Part shown: positions 16,045 to 16,729 of the stretch, piece after piece
How the letters are laid out: every line of letters begins with the position of its first letter
Position numbering within the stretch: position 1 is the stretch's first letter
NCBI GenBank assembly: GCA_038257035.1
Contig: JBBSJT010000050.1
Span: 1 to 16,729 of the forward strand
Length of the DNA stretch: 16,729 bases
Direction of reading: 5' to 3'
Source: Chlamydiia bacterium
Lineage (GTDB): Bacteria > Chlamydiota > Chlamydiia > Chlamydiales > Parachlamydiaceae
The notes under the pieces: model-generated
Told to the model about the DNA's origin: nothing
The model's database searches: none
The model's input: the letters and a program-made list of their open reading frames with translations, nothing else
Position numbers and translations under genes: made by a program

Positions 16045-16495
16045 ATTCAAAATTTTGTTGTCTCCAAGCTTCATAAACAACAATACCTGCGCTTGTTGCA
16101 AGATTTAAGCAACGCACCCCTTCTTTCATGGGAATTGTCGCATAATGTTCTGGCCATTTTTCAAAAAATTTCGAAGGCAATCCTGTAGTTTCCGATCCGA
16201 ATATCAGCCAATCATCTTTAGTATAGGAAATATCTGAATAGCGATTTGTAGCTTTACTTGAAAAGAAGTAAAAATTGCCTTTGGAATCATTCAACAATTT
16301 TTCAAGCTCTTCAAGTTCTTCGATGAGTTGAACGTTTACCCCTTCCCAATAATCAAGCCCTGCACGTTTAAGCATGCGATCGGAAGTTGAAAATCCCGGG
16401 TTATAAATAATCAAATCAGTGCCCGTGACAGCGCATGTTCTGACAATGTTTCCTGTGTTTTGTGGAATTTGAGGTTCAAACAGTATAATTTTCAT
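16043..16495 (-). CDS. trmL: tRNA (cytidine/uridine(34)-2'-O)-methyltransferase, SPOUT family
   Basis: EPQIPQNTGNIVRTCA, LKRAGLDYW, FGSETTGLP and IPM....RCLNLA....IVVYEAWRQ motifs. Confidence 0.95.
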   Translation of the reverse strand: MKIILFEPQIPQNTGNIVRTCAVTGTDLIIYNPGFSTSDRMLKRAGLDYWEGVNVQLIEELEELEKLLNDSKGNFYFFSSKATNRYSDISYTKDDWLIFGSETTGLPSKFFEKWPEHYATIPMKEGVRCLNLATSAGIVVYEAWRQQNFE

Positions 16496-16729
16496 GAATA
16501 TCTTCTTGTAAAATAAAAAATCATAAACTTTTCTGCGATAAAGCGCAATTTAAGAAAACGTTGTGAACAGAGCAAAAGAGCAAATATATATTTCTTCTCC
16601 TTAAAAATTAACAAAATTAAAACAGTCTTTTACTATACCTATACATTTTTTTACAGGATATGCACGATCGCTACGCGGCACGATTAGCACGATAATATTA
16701 ACCTTCGGTAATGCAGGAGGTTGATGATA

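Noticed and set aside
163..16101. Short overlapping ORFs in the track (163-447, 2826-3062, 3066-3356, 3762-4031, 4836-5093, 5041-5244, 7607-7798, 8966-9193, 9316-9501, 10058-10264, 10144-10353, 11399-11728, 13926-14180, 15919-16101)
   Set aside because: They are antisense or out-of-frame shadows of well-supported genes, with no recognisable motifs.

Overview
AT-rich bacterial DNA. Gene content points to an environmental member of the Chlamydiae (inference): pheT next to a MORN-repeat lipoprotein, a SNF2 helicase, trhO/trxA/trmL, and orphan F-box, ankyrin and Ser/Thr-rich effector-like genes. Core genes are interleaved with three putative host-directed effectors. The most unusual part is 5585-6905. 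It holds three paralogs of a 55-65 aa helical protein: one intact, one interrupted by a 162-bp palindrome, and one missed by the ORF track. It also holds three sigma-54 (-24/-12) promoter motifs. Two of these sit just after a stop codon and point into non-coding, terminator-ended segments, predicting a long (~168 nt, four-hairpin) and a short (~70 nt) version of a sigma-54-dependent small RNA carrying an anti-Shine-Dalgarno-like seed. There is also a nested REP-like palindrome at 12343-12687 and a duplicated hairpin between trxA and trmL. All calls come from reading the sequence by eye; no searches or folding programs were run.
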